Shown here one piece after another: positions 43,112 through 63,520 of a stretch of 64,000 bases of DNA. The DNA is from the human T2T-CHM13v2.0 reference genome, Homo sapiens, in the NCBI RefSeq assembly GCF_009914755.1, contig NC_060928.1. One strand, given 5' to 3'. The notes beneath the pieces are model-generated. The model did not search any database and had not been told where the DNA came from. It saw only the letters and a list, made by a program, of their open reading frames with translations. The translations under genes and the position numbers were made by a program. Within the stretch, counting starts at the first letter, position 1. Every line of letters begins with the position of its first letter.

Positions 43112-43313
43112 CAGGATTCCTTAATCTCAGCACTATTGATATTTAGGACCAAACAAAAACTTTCTTGGTGTGGGAGGTTGTTGTCCCATGTATTGAAAGA
43201 AATTTAGCTACATACCTAGTTTCTACCAACTACATGCCATCCTCCAGGTTGTGACAACCAAAAGTATCTCCAGATATTCCCAATGACTTATTGTGGAGAA
43301 ATACTGGCCTCCA
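43112..43313 (-). mobile_element. MER20 hAT-Charlie DNA transposon
   Basis: ctcagcactattgatattt...gttgtgacaaccaaaagtatctccaga matches MER20 reverse complement. Confidence 0.82.
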
Positions 43314-44709
43314 GGTAGTATTATACACAATGGTGAATACTAAATGCTTTTCCCTAATTTCCAGAACAGCAGAAGGATATCTGCTTTCATCAATATTTTA
43401 CTAAAGGCTTTAGCCATAGCAATGAGGCAAGCATTTTTTTTAAAGACTTTCAGTTTAGAAATGAAGAAGTAATAAGGTCTTATGTGCAGATGGTATGATT
43501 ACACAGAAAATACAATTGAATCTATGAAATAGCTACTGGAAATAATAGATCAGTTTATAAAGTTTTCAAATAAGATTAATATAAACAAACAATTGTATTT
43601 TCATATACTACCAAACAGATTGAAATAAAATAACAATCACCAAAAAATACAAATTTGGAAAACATTTGAAGATAAATCTGACAAAACATACGTAAGATCT
43701 GTTCAGATAAAACTGAAAAAAGATTCTGCAAGAAATTAAAAACCTATATAAGTAGAAAAATATATTATTTCACAGAGCTGAAAAACTCATCCTTAAGATG
43801 CCCATTGTCCCAAAATCCCAGGAGACTTTTTTTTGTAGAAATTAACAAGCTGTTTAAAAAATTCATTTTGTAATACAAAGGACCCAAATATCCAAGTAAC
43901 TGTGAGATGGAACAAAATTGGTAGGCCAAAACTACATGATTTCAAAATGCTACAATAATTAAGACAGTGCATTCAATAATACACCAAACACAGACACAGA
44001 CAAATAGATCAATGGAGGAGAACTCATCAATGAAGATCACATAGATCAATGGAGTAGAATCACAATTCCAGAAATGGAACCATGCATATATGGACAACTG
44101 GTTTTCAATGAAAGTACAAACATAGTTCAATAGAAAAGGAAGAGTCTCTTCAAGGAATGATGGTAATCGGATACACATATAAACAAGAAAACCCAATTTA
44201 TAGCTCATACCATAAACAACAGGAACTGAAGATGAACCACTGACCTAAAACTATAAAATTTTAAAACAAAATACAGGCAAAAATATTTGCAATCTTAGGT
44301 AAAGCCAGATTTCTTAGAATTGATACCACAAGCCTGAACCATAAAATACAAAAATGATAAATTTGATTTCTTTGAAATTAAAAGTGGCTGTTCTTTAAAA
44401 ATCACTGCTAAAGGAATGAAAAAGACAAGCCAAAGACTGGGAGAAAATATTTGCAAAGCTAGTATCAGATAAAGAAATTGTACATAGAATATATAAAGTA
44501 CTCCCCAAAATCAATTTTAAGGAAACAAACAGTCCAATATGTATTGTGAAAATGATTTAACCATACATAACACCAAGTAAAATATATGGTAAACAAATAG
44601 GAACATGAAAGATGTTCAATCTAATCAGTTATTAGGTAAGTGGAAATTAAGTGAAAATGAAACAACACCAATATCTATTAGAATGGTTAAGATTTAAAAG
44701 ACTGGCAAT

Positions 44710-44892
44710 CATCTCTACTAAAAAACACAAAATTAGCTGGGTGTGGAGGCGCATGTCTGTAATTGCAGCTACTTGGGAGGCTGAGGAAGAAGAATCACTT
44801 GAACCCGGGAGGTGGAGGTTGAGGTGAGCTGAGATCACGCCATTTCACCAGCCTGTGCAACAAGAGTGAAACTCGGTCTCAAAAAAAAAAAA
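44710..44892 (+). mobile_element. 5'-truncated AluSp-like (right monomer) with 14-bp TSD
   Basis: acaaaattagc, caacaagagtgaaact diagnostics; TSD aaaagact(g/a)gcaat at 44696-44709 and 44889-44902 behind a ttt/aaaa L1-endonuclease site. Confidence 0.92.
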
Positions 44893-45640
44893 GACTAGCA
44901 ATGACAAGTTTTAGAGAGTATCTTAAGGAACTTGTAATCCCATACAATGCTGGTGGATATGCAAAATGTAACATTCATCTTGAAAATGTTTTCATTTTCT
45001 TTAAAAGTTAAGTATTTATCTCTCATGTGATATAGTCATTCTACTCCTAAATATTTATCCAAGATAAAATATTTGAACATGAGTTTTTATAGAAACTTTA
45101 TTTATAAATAGAGAAAAACTGAAAATAACTTGAGTCTATCAACTGGTGGTTGGGTAAAAGGAATCATGGTATGTTCATATATTGACATACTATTGAGCAT
45201 TCATATAATGGCACTATATAGAGACATAAAAAGTATTGAAATACTGAGATTTGCAGCAAAACGAATGAAGCTCAAAGTAAGTATGCTGGGTAAAAGATGG
45301 CAGACATAACGAGTACATGACATATGTAAGTTTTTAATAAAATAGAGAAATAAAGGAATAAAAAATCAAAAAACTAAAAATCTCTGGAATATACAAAGGA
45401 ATCCATAGGACAAAGGGTTAATCAATGGTTGTCTGAATGGGGAGAAGTGAAAAGGAGAAGGAATGAGGAATTATAATGAGAGAGTGGAAACTCTTTGTAG
45501 TAACAGATATGCATAGTTATGATTGGGGTGATGATGTCATTGGGTGTGTATGTATATGAGAACAGCAATTGTACACTTTAAATATACATGTTTATCTTTG
45601 GTCAGTTATACATAAACAAAGCTATTGAAATTTAAAGTAT

Positions 45641-46802
45641 TAACCTGCATGTCAAAACCTATGATTGTGAAAATTATCAGCGCACACCTATAAGAACACC
45701 TTGGTGATATCAATTAGGCAACAATTTCCTAGATGTGATATCAACAGACTCACAACAGATAGTAGCAGATAAATAGCACAACATCAAAGGGAGGAACATC
45801 ATTTCTTCAAAAGATACCCTGAAGTGAATAAAAAGAGAATTCACATACTAGGGGGAAATATTTGCAAATGCATATGACAAAGAACTTTTCCAATCTTTAT
45901 ATCCAAAATATTTTTAAAACCCTGAAAACTCAATAATAAGGAGATAGATACCCCAATTTATAAGTGGTCAAAAGATTTGAGCCGCCTTCACCACAGAAGA
46001 TGCATGAATCAAATAAGAAACTGCAATTTTGCTCAATACCATTGATCACTGAAGAAATGCAAATTAAAATTCCAATAGGTAAGTCCTACATGGGCCTATG
46101 AGAATATTTAAAATTAAAAAGGTTGATCATAGCATTGCTAGTGAGTGTGTGGAGCAAGTAGCAATATCATACATGGCTTCTGGGAATAAAAGTGTTATGA
46201 TCACCTTGAAAAACAGTTTCATAAAAAGGTATACATATGCCTACCATTTGTCCTAGCCATGACACAGTTAAATGTTCACCCAGGAAAACCAAAAGCATGT
46301 ATTTGTAGATTCTTAGGCATGAATGTGTAGCAGCTTTCTTTGTAATAGCCAAACCTTGGACACTGCTTGAATATCCATCACCAGATAAATAGACAAATAA
46401 GTTGTGATATATTCATACAATGGAATACTACTTGGCTGTCAAAGAATGAACTGTTGATTCAGGAACCAACAAAGATGAACTTCAAAATAATTTGCTGCAT
46501 GAAGGAAGCCAAACAATAAAGAATATGTACTCTATGATTATATTTATACATGGTTCTATAAAATGTACCCTCATTTTGCTGACAGAAAGTATAGTACTTG
46601 GTTGAGGACAGAGATATGAGAAAAGCAATGTGCAGGAGGAAAGAATTACAATATTTCAAGAGGAAACTTGGCAGTGAGTGATAAGCTCAGTATCTTAACT
46701 GCAACAATGATTTTATGCATCTATACATATATGCAAACTTAGAAACTAGACACTTAAAATATGTGCTATTTACTGACAACTAATCCAATAAAACTATTAA
46801 AA
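45641..46802 (+). mobile_element. Second old L1ME-like ORF2 end and 3'UTR
   Basis: gaaatatttgcaaat, aagtggtcaaaagatttga, gaaatgcaaattaaaa, attcatacaatggaatacta, caataaaactatt. Confidence 0.72.
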
Positions 46803-46829
46803 TGTACATGTTATTAGGGCTCCTTAATT

Positions 46830-47775
46830 TTTATCTCTTATCCTAATCTCACCTTGAACTAAAAATTTACATATCCAACTTTCTACCTGATATCTCCTCT
46901 AGGAGTTCCCACAGGAATCTCTAATTTCGAATATACAGAGCTTGATATTCTTTTTTTTCCAAATTTTCATCTCTTGTTATACTGAAACTCTTCATCAGTG
47001 GTAAATCCATTTTTCTAATTTCTTAGCTCAAAATCCTTACAATCATTTTTATAATTCTTTTATCCTCTCATATCCTACATCAAATCTCTCAGCATATCTT
47101 GTGTCATCTGTCTTCAAATTACATCTAGGGGCAACTACTCCTCAACACCTTCACTGTTCGCACTATAGTCCAAACCAATCTGTCATATCAACCCCCTACA
47201 ATGTCCCTTTAACTGTCAAAATGTCTTCCAGTATTATTCCCCTCTAGAGCAGCCAGGTGGACCCTTGTAATACATTAACATAACTGTGTCACATTGTCAG
47301 CTCCTCCCCTGTCTTGCTATCCTGCTCATAACAAAATCAAAAATCCTTTTCTTAGTTTACAAGATTCTACAAAATCTAGTAGCCTTACTCTCACCTATCA
47401 ATCAATCTGCTTCAACCACCTCGGAGTACGCTCTTGCCTCAGACATTTGCACTGCATGGATGCTCTTTCTGGAATGTCCTCTACTGAAATATTCACAAGG
47501 TGCATTCTATCCCTTCATTCACATCTCTGCCCAAAATGCATATCCTTGGAGAAGCTATCATTTCTGTAGCAGCACCACCTCACCACATTCATTGTCTTCA
47601 TAGCATGTATCATTACATCCAATTTTACAGCAGGTGTGTTTGTAAATTGTTTGTACCTCCCGTGCAAATATATTCTTAAGAGCACCAACTTGGTCCTCTT
47701 TTATTTATCTACTGCTCTTTAATATATTTGGTGATTGATAGGAATCAGTTGCTTTACTAAATGAATCAGTCAATA
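46830..47775 (+). mobile_element. L2a 3' portion
   Basis: atatccaactttctacctgatatctcc, ttgcctcagacatttgcactg, tctggaatg, ttcatagca, terminal aatgaat. Confidence 0.75.
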
Positions 47776-49110
47776 TATACAGCGTTCGCACTGGCAATCT
47801 CAAAAAGCTGAGAATTACAAATCTAGACTTTAGAGTCAGCTCATCTATATGCTTCTCAAATGTTAACTGTAAACTGCAAAACACTGAGGCTCCTACATCA
47901 TTCAGATTAATTCTTCTACGCTGTTAAAATATTAAGTAGTACCAGAAATTTGATCAATTCTGGCAGAAAAGAAATGGCAACAATGACGTATAATGTGGCT
48001 TAACCAAATTGAATGTTTGACTATCACAACAAGAAACCGTTTATGTATTAGTGCCTTATGTATTTTCACATAGTGTTAGCAGCATACGTACATGATATTC
48101 ATTGGCTTTGCATCTCCATTGTTACTAACATTGTTTCCCTACTTGCAGCAACCCTTTGAATTTCTTAACTTTTCACGTTGCTTTTGTAGTTGACAGATAT
48201 AGATGAGTGATGTTGGGTTTTACTGAACACATGTTTCATTTCATATTCAACGTTTTAATCATTAGGTTGTGTATACATTAATTATGTTTGTTTCTAAACA
48301 TTGAAATTTAGCAAATCATGTGCACAAAGATAACATTAATACTTAAATGTCCAAATGTTCATGCAGTTAATTAAGATTTTGTTTTAAATTTACTTAAAAT
48401 AAAGCAAGCCATCAACAGATTTTTTTCCTAAAATAATGCTTGTATCTATATTCTGATCTCAACACAGAACTTTAGATAATGATTCTGTCATTCCAATAAA
48501 TTACCTTACCTTATCCTGAAAAATGATAGGTTTAACAAGGTGATCACTATGGTATGATTCAGCTGTCATTTTAAAACATATCCTTGGTTAGAAATTTTTC
48601 TAAAAAATAATATATAACTATGTAATTCTAATATTTTATTGTTACTGTTTTATAATTTAAATTGCATATAGATTGACATCTAATATACATTTATACGTCT
48701 ACATATCTCTATATAGATACATATTTTTTTCTAACATGCACCTGAATTATAGTTGACATTAAAAGATAATTAGTAATAATAAGTTCCAGGACTAGCAAAA
48801 TGTTTTTTATTCACCATAAAATGTTCTTTCCAATTGCAACTTATAGTTTTTTTGTATTTAATTATTCCTAATTAATTAACTGTATTTAATTATTACAATC
48901 ATCAAGACTCTCAGTAGCTTACTTAGCACATTTTGGGGAAAGTACTATTGGTCATAAACATTTTAAATATAACTTCCCATATTATAGCCACATAATCCAC
49001 AAATATATACTATGTAATAAAAATGGGAAATAAGTAGTCAATGTTCTGGATAATAAATTGCAAACTCTTTATCAATGGTGTTTCTGACATAAAATTTCTA
49101 GATTTATTCA

Positions 49111-49428
<318 letters not shown>

Positions 49429-52329
49429 CTATTTCTCTATTAGTATCTTAGTATCTCTCTACCACCCTAATAATCCTACATCTTGGATTGCTTGTATAAA
49501 ACAGTAAAATGTAACAAAATTCTAAGAGCTTTAAAAAAAGCTTTTAAGTTGTTCATAAAACAAGATAAGTGTATAAATTGTACGTTTTAAAACAAAGTGA
49601 ATTAATATTTAATTTTAAAACTGACACAACTTTTTAAAGTATGGGCTGAAGTTCACGAACCCATGGGTTTCAATTATGTGCTATAATTTCCCACTTCATG
49701 CTAAATCAGGCATCATATTGTGATATTTAATATTTCACAAACTGAAATGCACATTACAAATCTGGAAAGTTATTGAAAAGGAGAATACAAATAGCATATA
49801 TCATGAAATCTCTCTACTCAAAGGAATCTACAACAGAAATTTTATGATAACCTGAAGAACAAGTAAACATCTCTCCATATTATTTGAACTCATTATATTC
49901 TATACACTTTATACTAGAGATGACTTATAAACATAATGCCAAATAAAATTACTTTTATAAAAACTATATGAATTCAATATTTCTATGCAATTTTAAAGAG
50001 AATTCATTAGTACCATATATCATACACTTTTTAGAAATTGCACAAACTCTGTGTACACATACAGAAGCATGCATACAATTCAACACTTAATTATCTAAAT
50101 GCTACAATATGAAGCATTTCACAGTAAAAATGAAAAGTATCATATTTGTATATGACACAGGAAACTTAAATAGCATGACTGCTACATAAGATACATGTCA
50201 CCGAAACTGTTCTAAAGGAAAATCCACGTTTTCAAAATAAGAACCACTTTATTCAGTTGTGGAAGATTAGTTTTTCCAAAGTTCTACGAATTAATGAAGT
50301 AATAGGTAACACTCAGAGTTATATTTTTATATTTTTAACCATATTTCAGTATATTTTATCCTTAGAGCAGACAATACAGCTTTCTAGAAATTAATTATTT
50401 AGTAATTATACAATGTGTACTTTAATTGGCAACATCGAGTTTTCAATGAAGTTTTATTAAGTTTGTACCATTTATTTGTATTTTCTATTTACAAGTAGGC
50501 AAAGATAAATTGTATAACTGATAAAATGGTTTCTGACGAATATGCAAAATAGTTACAAGCTGTTCAATATTCATATAAAATATTTTGTTACCCTAATAAT
50601 ATGTATAAAATAAATAATCTTTTATTTCTAAGATAATGGAATAATTTTATGCTTAGCTATGTGAATATTTTTTCTGTAATTATAAGCATCTTATAAAAAT
50701 AAAAACACTAAAACAACAAGAATAGCTAGCTAACTTTTACATGTCAATTACTCATGAATAAATAACATCAAATTAGGAAAAATAAACATAGCAATAGGAC
50801 ATTAAAACTGCATTTCTAAGCCCCCCAAAATAGGCTTCCTGATTTTATGCTGCTATAAACTCCCTAAATACGCTTATTTCTAATTGCTGTAATAGATTGT
50901 TAGCAGAATAAATGGGACTGGCATTTTATTTTTCTTGTGTTTCCATAAACCTGGATTCTCAGGGATTGAAAAACTCTGAGCAACTTCTGTTTATAAAGGC
51001 TTTGAGTGTATTAGAAAATGAAGAATTTAAAAAAACAGACAACACCAAAGTTAGGTTATTGTAGATGTCTCTTTGTATAGCAAATAAACATTTTTAACAC
51101 AAAAATACACTACAGCATACATAGTTAATCTAGCTATGATTTTAGAATGTATAAAATTATGAATTTGTGGAGCACAGAGGCAGAGTAATCATTTAGGATT
51201 CCAGTGTGCAGTCGCATGATGAAAGGCTTCTTTCAATTCTGTTTACGTCTGTGAGTGGATATACAGCATATGGGAGGGGCTTGATCACAAGTCTGAACTC
51301 TAAGTCCCTTATAAATGTTTCTTTTTGCTTCTCTGTGATGGACACTGATTCTATCCGTTTGTGTTTTTTATCTTCTATCTAGACATGAAACGGGCATTTA
51401 TTGGATGACTTTGCATGGTTTCTTCAAGCACAATGTTAGAGGGATGTTTTCAGGGCCATCCAACCCATTTTAGTAAGGGAAGTCATTAGACGAGCAAAAT
51501 CAAACCTTCAAGAAATTTCAACAGGAAGTTAAGAATAGCAGTCAATAATAATAATTGATGGCAAGGAAGAATAATTCTATCTTGACTTGCCTGGGGAACT
51601 GAAGATCATTTCCTCTAGTTGTTGACTGAAAGTGCCTAAAATAAATAAATAAATAAATAAACTGGCCCTCTAAAATTTTGAAGTGAGAAAATGTTTTTGT
51701 TAGGGGGTCTGTTTTCTAAGTGACCTGTTCAGGCATCATCTATCTCCAAGTTTTCACAGAGCTCCAGGCTAGGAATGGCATCTAAGGTAAAATTGCTCCA
51801 AAGAAGAAAAAGACATTTTAGCTTCAGAATTTTGAAACTACAGTAGTTATGTATTTCTGCCTAGGTTGCAATGTTTAGCCGTAAACATTGTTGTTAATTA
51901 TGGATTAAAAATCACTGGATTGAAAAAAATATATTTTCATAAATATCTTAGACATAGATACTGCTAAGGCTAGCAGACAGTAGATATATCTTTTAAAACT
52001 ATAACTAAAAAATTCGGTCCTGTAGTTTCCTCACTATAAAGGATTATAAAGATAGTCTCTTAGGACCCAGCATTATATTCTCAGTATGATGAAGAAGTTG
52101 CCATCATACATCTGATGTGTTCTTTTTTACCGCATGAGGTACAAGTGAGGTTATTAGTTTAGGATTTGAATAGAGGAAAGTGAATGGGAAAAATGAAGAC
52201 ATCAAATGATACAGCAAATTTTAGCTGATAGAGTGGGAAAGTAAACTTAATAGTAAAACATTGTTGGATTTGGGGCATTACTGAGGTACAGTTATAATCT
52301 TGAAACAATTCAGTAAAATTGGTAAACTA

Positions 52330-53745
<1,416 letters not shown>

Positions 53746-54209
53746 ACAGTTTTTGCTACCTAAAATGTTATTAGGATATGAATACATAAAGAATTTGGTG
53801 TTTGAGAGGGTAAAATAGTGATTCTAGGCTCTTCAGTGGACTACTGATTGTAAATTATAAGTGATTTTTGGGCTATGTGAGACATAAATTACAATCAGGT
53901 ACAGAAAGTTATACTATGATGTTGACAAAACTATGTGCCTGCAGGACTATAGTGGAATCAAATTGATGGCTCATAAGTTATCAGAATGACAAGTGATAGC
54001 TGTGTATTTTCCCCTCCTTCTATAGTAAATACACTTGATTCCAAGTGCTACAAATGGATGTTTTTGTTGAACTTGTTAAAGTGATTGTGGTTTTTCTTAC
54101 GTAGTTTATTACTATAGTAAACAACACTGATTTAATTTTCAAATATTGAACCATCGTTGAATATCCAGGATGAAACCCAATCGTTCAATATGTACTGTCT
54201 TTATAATAT

Positions 54210-57659
<3,450 letters not shown>

Positions 57660-59908
57660 CTTTATTTTTTTTGTAATCAGCTTGCTTATATAATATTAGG
57701 AATTTTGTGTTCAATTTTATAAAGTATGCTGACATGCATTTTACTTATCATTTATTTGTCTGGTATTTCTATCAATGTAATGTTGACTTCATACAAGACT
57801 TGCAAAGTCCTCTCCCATTTATGGAAGAGATTATATGTAATGGTTATTTTTTCTTCCTCAAATTTATCTTAAGTACTTTCCTATAAAATTATCTGGGCCT
57901 GAAACTCTATATTTTGTAAATTTTATATTTGGTAAATTTCTACTTTGGTAATGCTTTTAACTTTAAATTCAAGACTATTTATGTTATCTAGATCTTATGT
58001 GAGTTTCAGCAGTCTCTTTTCTTCTAAGAATGGTTACATTTCATCTAAGTTTTCAAATGTGGCATAGGGTTGTTTATGGCATCCCACTTTTACTCTTTTA
58101 ATGATTTTGAAATCAGTAGTAATATTCCTTGTTTAATTTCTGATATTGGTCATTTCTCTCTGTCTTTATTCTGGTTTCTAGATCTTTTCTTTATTGTCTT
58201 TTTAATCTAAAAAGCAAACAAAAAAGTGGTTCTGTATTACTTGAGTGTATATTTTATGTTTCATTTTTTTAAAAGCTCCCCAGAAGAATGATCTGGGAAA
58301 AACTTTCAGAAATATATAATTATGTAATGTACAATAATAAATGATAATATAGCAAAAGTTGTGTAGCTTTTTTGAGTAGCTTTTAAAATGCTTTCTGAGT
58401 GTATGTTTTCATTTTCTGCAAAGTGCTTTATATTTATTTACACAATGAAACACCAACAGCTCAGTAATACCAATAAGAAAAGAAAATTACAAACTTTAAG
58501 GTGTGAGCTCAAAGAAGTATTGCCAGAATCTGAAACTCCATGAATTTATAATAAAAACTTTTGATTCAATTTGTCTTTTTCTGAAACACCAAAGTTATAC
58601 AATAAGCAGAAATAGGCTTAGGACAAACTATACATGGGGTTGCATTCTAATTAACTACTTAGAAAATTAGTCATTACAAGAAATACATCTATTTTGTTAA
58701 AATTGAGTATATAATTAATTGTGAGCCAAAATAAGTGAATATAGAAATACAAAAAGGAATCACTTCATAATTAGTTGCAATGGTAGCAGTGGAGACTACA
58801 CTTCATGTGGTTTCCCTCCAGAAACCTCACCAGGTTCTCTTGGTAAGGATCTGAGAAAGATCTCCTAGTAGTGCTGACAAGGAATGGGGAAAAATAGTCA
58901 TTATGAAGCCCCTAAGATATTTCTTTAACACATGCCTACTGTCCAGGAGGCAAGACATCACCAAAGAACAACACTAAAAATTTATCCCCGGTGGGAAGAC
59001 ATATGCTTCTCACTTCAACACCTTCAGCCTTTCTGCCTCACCTAAGGAAGAAAAAAAAGTCAAAACAAAAGAACAAAACATAGTCAACAGGGGAGAGAGA
59101 GCTAAAGAAACTGACAGGGAATATTTGGCCAGAGAATGGAGTAGAGATAGCAACAATAGTTAATGAATTAACATTAAAAAAAAAAAAAAAAAACTATACC
59201 CAAACAGAGGACAAGAAACACTTGTAAAGGCCACATTCCCAAAACACAGCTCCAGTTAGAGACTGAGATTTAATTAGAGGATTACAGAACATGTCCCTTT
59301 CTAAGCTCCACCAACACTCTAACAAAAGCCAGTTTAATTACACTGGATTACAGAAGAAGTAGCTGTAAGACAAAGACTCCATCTAAGGAGCAGTACAAAA
59401 GGAAACCTCAAAGGCAAGACTGGAGAGAAAAACAGGCACCCTAGCAAAATTTAAGTTCTCTCCTAACTACAGCTACAGTAAACATAAAATACAGTCCACA
59501 CTTAGCCAGATTAACATATCAGTCCTTACACTAGGGACCTATTTACCACAATTCGTATTACCTGATACAACATGTCCAGCTGACAACAGAAAATTACAAG
59601 GCATACCAAAGGCAAACAGAAAAAAAAATAGAAAAGGAAAGCATTCTGAATAGACAAGCAATCATCAAGATCAGAATAGAAAAACACAGATCTTGTATTT
59701 ATCAGAAAAGATATTTAAAATGATTGTGCTCAATGTATTAAGAGATCTAATGGAAAACTTGTTTTTTCTTATTAAGATATCTAATGGAATATTTATTTTT
59801 CTTACATTAATGTCAGCAGAGAGAGAAGACCTATAAGGAAAAAAAATCAAAAGAAAATCCTGAAATCAAAACTACTGAAATGGAAATTAAGAATGCTCTT
59901 AATAGGCT

Positions 59909-60310
59909 TGCTATGGTTTGAATATGTGTTCCCTTTAAAATCAGCTTTGAAATTTAAGTACCAGTGCAACAGTATTTAAGAGGTGGGCCATTAGTGGGTG
60001 ATGACTCCATGAGGGCCCCATGCTCATGAATGAGATTAGTAACCAGGAAGGGCTGAAGAGATGTTGCTGGGTCCTTTCTGCCCTTTCACCCTTAAGGCCA
60101 TGTGAAGAAACAGCGTTCATCTTCCCTGGAGGATGCAGCAACAAGGTGTCATCTTTGAAGTGAAGACTTGGCCCTTACTAGACGTCGAACCTGCTACTGC
60201 CTTGCTCTTGAAATTCCAGCCTCCAGATTTGTGTGAGAAACAAATTTCTATTCTTCATACATTACCCAGTCTCAAGTATTTTGTTATAACAGCAGCAAAG
60301 GACTAAGACA
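59909..60310 (+). mobile_element. MSTC/MSTD-like MaLR solo LTR
   Basis: tgctatggtttgaat...ggaggatgcagcaacaagg...ttacccagtctc...gactaagaca; 5-bp TSD aggct/aagct. Confidence 0.88.
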
Positions 60311-60608
60311 AAGCTCATGAAGACTTTCAAGAAAACTGAGGGAAGGATTAATGAGCTTGAAGATAGGTTAATATAACCTGTAACTCAAAGGGAACCAAAG
60401 AACGAAGACACAGATCAGGACATCCAAGAACTGCGGAACAATATCAAAAGTTATATCCATATCAAATGCCAGGAAAAGAAAAGATTAAGAATAAGGCAAA
60501 ATAAATATTTGAAACAGTAATGACTGAGAACTTTCCAAAATTAATATGATACATCAAATCACACATCCAGGATGCTCAGAGAATGCCAGGCAAGATGAAT
60601 ATGAAATA

Positions 60609-60650
<42 letters not shown>
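60609..60650. repeat. (CA)n microsatellite, imperfect
   Basis: Direct observation. Confidence 0.95.
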
Positions 60651-61128
60651 TGTATCTAAGCATAACATCATCAAGCTGCAAAAAAAAAAAAAAAAAACGA
60701 GGAAAATCTTATAGAAAGTTGGGTACATCTTAACGATAGAGAAGCAAAGATAAGAATGACAATGCACCTCTCATCAGAAATCATGCAACCAAATAGCCTG
60801 GAGTAACGTTTTTAAGTGTTGAAAGAAAAAAAACCTGCCAACTTAGAATAACATACGTAGCAAAATTATCCTTCAAAAGTGAAGAAGAAATAAAGGCTTT
60901 TTCAGAAGAACAACTGAAGGAATTCATTACTGGAAGATCTACACTGCAAAAATATTAAAAGAAATTCTTTAGGTTAAATAAAGTAATATACATGAGAAAC
61001 TTGGATTGATGTGTAATTTTTAAAAAGTTTTTCTTATCTTAATAGATCGACAAGATAATTATGGACAGCAATAATAGCAACAATAATTAATTCATCATTG
61101 CTCAGGGATGTTAGATAAATGGCAGTCA

Positions 61129-61458
<330 letters not shown>

Positions 61459-61494
61459 CTATGTTATGAGGTATCCCCACTACGCTCACAGTAA

Positions 61495-61790
61495 TTTTTT
61501 TTTTTTTTGGAAACGGAGTCTCACTCTGTTGCCCAGGCTGGAGTGCAGTGGCACAATCTCGGCTCACTGCAGCCTCTGCATCCCAGATTCAAGCGATTTT
61601 CCTGCCTCAGTCTCCTGAGTAGCTAGGACTACAGGCGTGTGCCACCACGCCCGGCTATTTTTTTGTATTTTTAGTAGATACTGGGTTTCACCGTGTTAGC
61701 CAGGAGGGTCTTGATCTCCTGACCTCATGATCCGCCCGCCTCAGCCTCCCAAAGTGCTTGGATTACAGGCGTGAGCCACCTCTCCTGGCT
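61495..61790 (-). mobile_element. AluSc8-like, full length
   Basis: ccgtgttagccagga in left arm, AluS-type right arm, T tail. Confidence 0.92.
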
Positions 61791-62463
61791 CATAAGTTTT
61801 TATTTGACATTGTACTTGGATTATTTAAACATATATGTTGGAAACCCTAGGGCAACCATTTAAAATGTTTGTGTTAAGTATAAATTAAATGCTGACAGAA
61901 AATAAAATTAAAAAGTATAACATACTAAATTAAAACCAGAGAAAATAGAAAAAGAGGAGGGAAAATAAAGAACAAATGTAATGATGATTGAAATTAATGA
62001 ATAGCTTTCATATATCCTGGAAATATTTTGAATTAATATAAATTTATATATCAGAAAAATGTTTATCCTCAATAGATTGGTTAAATAATAATTAAATAAT
62101 TTTAGCGTTAAATTGAAGTTGTTTAAATAAAAATGTTTTATACTGTTTAAAAATAATGTTTTGTAAAATAATGATTATCCCTAAGGATGTTTATAAAATT
62201 AACAACCAAATTTAACAAATTTATTTAAACATGATTTAAGAAAAACATGCTAAATAACCAACAGGCATGAGTGAGTCAGATCTAGATGTAGATGGATCAA
62301 GAAATTATAGTTTAATCAGTCTTGTATGTAAACACTGTTGGGATTTCCAAGCCATTGTCATATTTAGAGACACACATCAATTAAAGGTTAGCACATAACA
62401 GAATGCAACTTGCTGGAATAGATCATGACATTGATAGAGTCATTTTTTTTTGGTAACACTTAA

Positions 62464-62769
<306 letters not shown>

Positions 62770-63454
62770 TATTGTTTATTTTTAACTTTTTTTTTCCTTA
62801 AAATGATTTGTTGAAAGCTACTCAGTGGAACTCTCTGAGAATTATACAACCTGTAAGCCTGAGGGAGGTGGTAAATTCTTCCTCATCCAACTTTGTCAAG
62901 CAGAACCTCTAAGGAAGTTGATAAAGAAAATATTGAGCCTTTGCCTTCATGCTTCAGAAATAAGTAAAGGAGAAATCATGCTCACCTAGCATTTAGTTGG
63001 AGAGAAAAATACAGTAGTAATGTTCAACTTTTTCTCAGAACAGAGATGGATGCTTTTCTTCAAGGCAAGAGGCAGCAATGTTAACTTAAAGGGAACTAGG
63101 AAGCATTAGAAGGAAGAAATATATGATATCCACACAAATAATGAAGAACATGTGGTTCTACCCTTCTACATTTCAGCAGGTCTGAATCATTTCTTACAGC
63201 TATTCCTGCCATAGGAGCCATTAGATTCAGAAAGCAGTAAGAAAATAACGGAAAGTAGCAAACTACTGATTCATAAGCCACTTTTCTCAAACCTCAAGAG
63301 TTTTTTTTTTTTTTTTAACATTCACTTGGTAACCTGTTTAAATCCTTGTCTGTCTTCAAAATGTGTGACAACAGAAAGCAAAGGTGGTCTACAAGTCAAC
63401 CTTATTTAACATTCTGTGGGGTCAAATACAAAAGTGTTGATATGATTATTATCA

Positions 63455-63520
63455 ATATATTGGTATAGTATTTCTGTATTGATATACTGATGTAGTATCT
63501 CTGTATTGATATATTGATAT
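63455..63520. repeat. 27-bp tandem repeat, ~2.4 units
   Basis: atatattggtatagtatttctgtattg / atatactgatgtagtatctctgtattg / atatattgatat. Confidence 0.85.

Larger units (their letters stand above)
42200..45640 (+). mobile_element. Old L1M (L1ME/MC-like): ORF1 remnant, internally deleted ORF2, 3'UTR
   Basis: ORF1-like at 42200-42900; ORF2 from 43325 (atggtgaatactaaatgctttt, gaaaaagacaagccaaagactgggagaaaatatttgca); ends ataaacaaagctatt. Confidence 0.7.

Noticed and set aside
39895-45640. L1MC minus plus L1M plus as another twin-primed element
   Set aside because: Each has its own distinct 3'UTR and their L1 coordinates are not adjacent
63096-63290. Possible exon or ORF near the window end
   Set aside because: Splice-like motifs are weak and the peptide is unrecognisable
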